NCBI RefSeq assembly: GCF_963921235.1
Contig: NC_086108.1
Coordinates: 24,614,001-24,678,000, forward strand
Origin: Mobula hypostoma
Taxonomy: Eukaryota
Direction: 5' to 3'
DNA: 64,000 nt
Shown here: positions 61,525 through 64,000 of the stretch, piece after piece
How positions within the stretch are numbered: position 1 is the first letter of the stretch
Layout: every line of letters starts with the position of its first letter
Translations under genes and position numbers: made by a program
Notes under the pieces: model-generated
What the model was told of the DNA's origin: nothing
The model's input: only the letters and a program-made list of their open reading frames with translations
The model's database searches: none

Positions 61525-63707
61525 TCTTTCTTTCTTTCTTTTTAAATCTTTTTATTGAGTAAGTATACAAAAAAGGTAAGCCATATAAACATTAATACAA
61601 TGTTAAAGTACAATAAAATTCCAAAAGATAACAATACCAAAAAGAAAATACTACAAACGATGTAATTTAAGCATAAGAAACCAAGATAACATAATAGTAT
61701 ACTAGATTTTATATATATCAATGGAAAAAAAAAAGAAAAAAAAACCCCCCAAAAAAAAACCCACCGTGCAACTACCTAAAAGCAAAGCAAAGCAATGGGC
61801 TAACTTGAAACCAAACAGAGTTAAACTTAAAATCACGTCCTCAATCCCGACCTCCATTAAAACAGTGAAAAAAAAACAAGAAGGGTAAATATTACATTAA
61901 ATGAAAATATCGAATAAAAGGTCCCCAAATCTGTTCAAATTTAAATGAAGAATCATAAAGGTTACTTCTAATTTTCTCCAGATTCAAACATAAAATCGTC
62001 TGAGAAAACCAAAAAAAGGTAGTTGGAGCATTAAGCTCTTTCCAATGTTGTAAAATACATCTTTTCGCCATTAAAGTAAGAAATGCAATCATTCTACGGG
62101 CTGAAGGGGAAAGATTACTAGAAATTTTAGGTAGTCCAAAGATAGCAGTAATAGGGTGAGGAGAGATATCTATATTTAATACCTTAGAAATAATATTGAA
62201 AATATCTCTCCAAAAAGTTTCCAAAGTAGGGCAAGACCAAAACATATGAGTTAAAGAGGCTATCTGCCCCGAACATCTATCACAGAAAGGATTAATATGC
62301 GAGTAAAAACGCGCTAACTTATCTTTGGACATATGTGCTCTATGAACCACTTTAAATTGAATTAGGGAATGTTTAGCACAAATAGAGGAAGTATTAACTA
62401 ATTGTAAAATCTGCCCCCAATCATCCACAGAAATGGTAAGCCCCAATTCCTGTTCCCAATCTACCCTAATCTTATCAAATGGAGCTTTCCTAAGTTTCAT
62501 AATAATATTATAAATCATAGCCGATGCACCTTTCTGACATGGATTAAGGTTAATTATCGAATCTAAAATATATATAGGAGGAAGCATTGGAAAGGAAGAA
62601 AGTATAGTACTTAGGAAATTTCTAACTTGTAAATATCTAAAAAAATGTATTCTTGATAAGTTATATTTATTAGATAATTGTTCAAAAGACATAAGGGAAC
62701 CATCTAAAAATAAATCCAAAAACCGTAAAATACCCTTAGTCTTCCAAGTTTGAAAAGCGCGATCCGTAAAAGAGGGAGGAAAAAATATGTTGCCTAAAAT
62801 AGGAATCGCTAACCCGAATTGATTAAGATCAAAAAATTTTCTGAATTGAAACCAAATGCGCAAAGCATATTTAACTATCGGGTTAGAGACCTGCTTAAGG
62901 CGTTTCGAATCAAAAGGAAGAGAGGAACCTAAAATAGAACCAAGTGTATAACCCTGAACAGATTGTAATTCCAATGCTACCCATTTAGGAATAGATAGTA
63001 TGTCCCGGTCAAGTAACCAAAATTTCATATGTCGAATATTAATAGCCCAATAATAAAATCTAAAGTTAGGTAATGCTAAACCTCCATCTCTCTTAGCTTT
63101 CTGTAAATGTATTTTACCCAGTCTCGGATTCTTATTCTGCCAAATAAATGAAGAAATTTTAGAGTCAACTTTATCAAAAAAAGATTTAGGAACGAAAATT
63201 GGTAATGCCTGAAACACATATAAAAATTTTGGCAAAAAAAACATCTTAACTGCATTAATACGACCAATCAAAGTTAAATATAAGGGAAACCATTTAGATG
63301 AAAGTTGAGTAATATGGTCTATTAATGGTAAAAAGTTAGTCTTAAATAAATCTTTATGTTTACAAGTAATTTTAATCCCAAGATATGAAAAGTAATTATT
63401 AATCAATTTAAATGGAAATTTATAATATAAGGGAAGATGTTTATTAATCGGAAAAAGTTCACTCTTACTAAGATTTAATTTATAACCTGAGAAAAGACCA
63501 AATTGTGCTAATAACTCTAAAACAGCAGGAATGGATCTCTCAGGATTAGAAATATATAAAAGTAAATCATCAGCATAGAGTGATAATTTATGGGACTTTA
63601 ATCCCCGAGTTATCCCAGTAATATTTGAAGATTCTCGAATAGCAATTGCAAGAGGTTCTAATGCAATATCAAATAATAGGGGACTAAGAGGACAGCCTTG
63701 TCGAGTA
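61525..63707 (-). mobile_element. 5'-truncated young L1 (RT C-half to 3' UTR, ORF2 uninterrupted)
   Basis: TRQGCPLSPLLF, LYADD, GGLALPN, CDRC..HMFWSC open to the stop at 61892. (AAAG)n tail. TSD CAGCAACTTTG at 61514-61524 and 63708-63718. Confidence 0.92.
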
Positions 63708-63941
63708 CAGCAACTTTGATGTGCGTTGCTTGAATTTCCAGCATCTGCAGAATTCCTCGTGTTTGCACTTGCAAAATCTGGCATTTGGACTTCATGCTGA
63801 ATTGCAGTCATTGGAAATGATGCTCAAGAATTTCAGCATAAACATTTAATATTTCTCACATTTCAATGTGATATAAGGAGGAGGTAGCCATTTGGCCCAT
63901 CGAATTTACACTAACTTTTAGTACAATCCCTTAAAACGCAT

Positions 63942-64000
63942 TCATAGTCATAGTCATACTTTATTGATCCCAGGGGAAATTAGTTTTCGTTACAGTTGCA
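63942..64000 (-). mobile_element. 3' end of another copy of the same Rex1-like family, running off the window
   Basis: Reverse complement matches 58157-58215 (TGCAACTGTAACGAAAAC...GATCAATAAAGTATGACTATG). Confidence 0.8.

Larger units (their letters stand above)
61429..63763 (+). mobile_element. Short Penelope-type terminal-repeat element (~140 bp) split by the L1 insertion
   Basis: 61429-61524 plus 63719-63763 rejoin into CTGACGAAGGGTCTCGGCCTGAAACGTCGAC...GATGCTGCCTGGCCTGCTG...CCAGCATCTGCAG. Possible TSD TGCACT (61423-61428, 63764-63769). Confidence 0.7.

Noticed and set aside
61892..63811. 639-aa ORF as a host gene
   Set aside because: It is truncated L1 ORF2 with a chance in-frame extension from flanking and Penelope-repeat sequence beyond the TSD.

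Overview
Vertebrate genomic DNA, most likely a cartilaginous fish (ray or shark), inferred from the HE1/V-SINE-like SINEs and the CR1, Rex1 and Penelope repeat content. The window lies inside the astrotactin-1 gene (ASTN1, minus strand). Only one coding exon was found (151 bp, 43432-43582); the rest is intron dense with retroelements. The most notable feature is a decayed but fully bounded 7.45-kb provirus (23763-31212). It has paired LTRs, a 4-bp TSD, a tRNA-Asn PBS, a coiled-coil plus CCHC Gag, a foamy-like PR/RT, two RNase H domains, a truncated integrase and an env-like remnant, which suggests a deep-branching spuma-related or lokiretrovirus-like element. Also present: a full-length Nimb/I-group LINE, two near-identical young L1 copies with (AAAG)n tails, a Gypsy-type solo LTR with internal tandem repeats, a Penelope-type short element with an intact minimal hammerhead ribozyme core, a Hero fragment, and many CR1, Rex1 and SINE fragments, several nested. 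All family assignments come from motif recognition by eye and recalled reference sequences, not database searches. Boundaries of old repeats are approximate.
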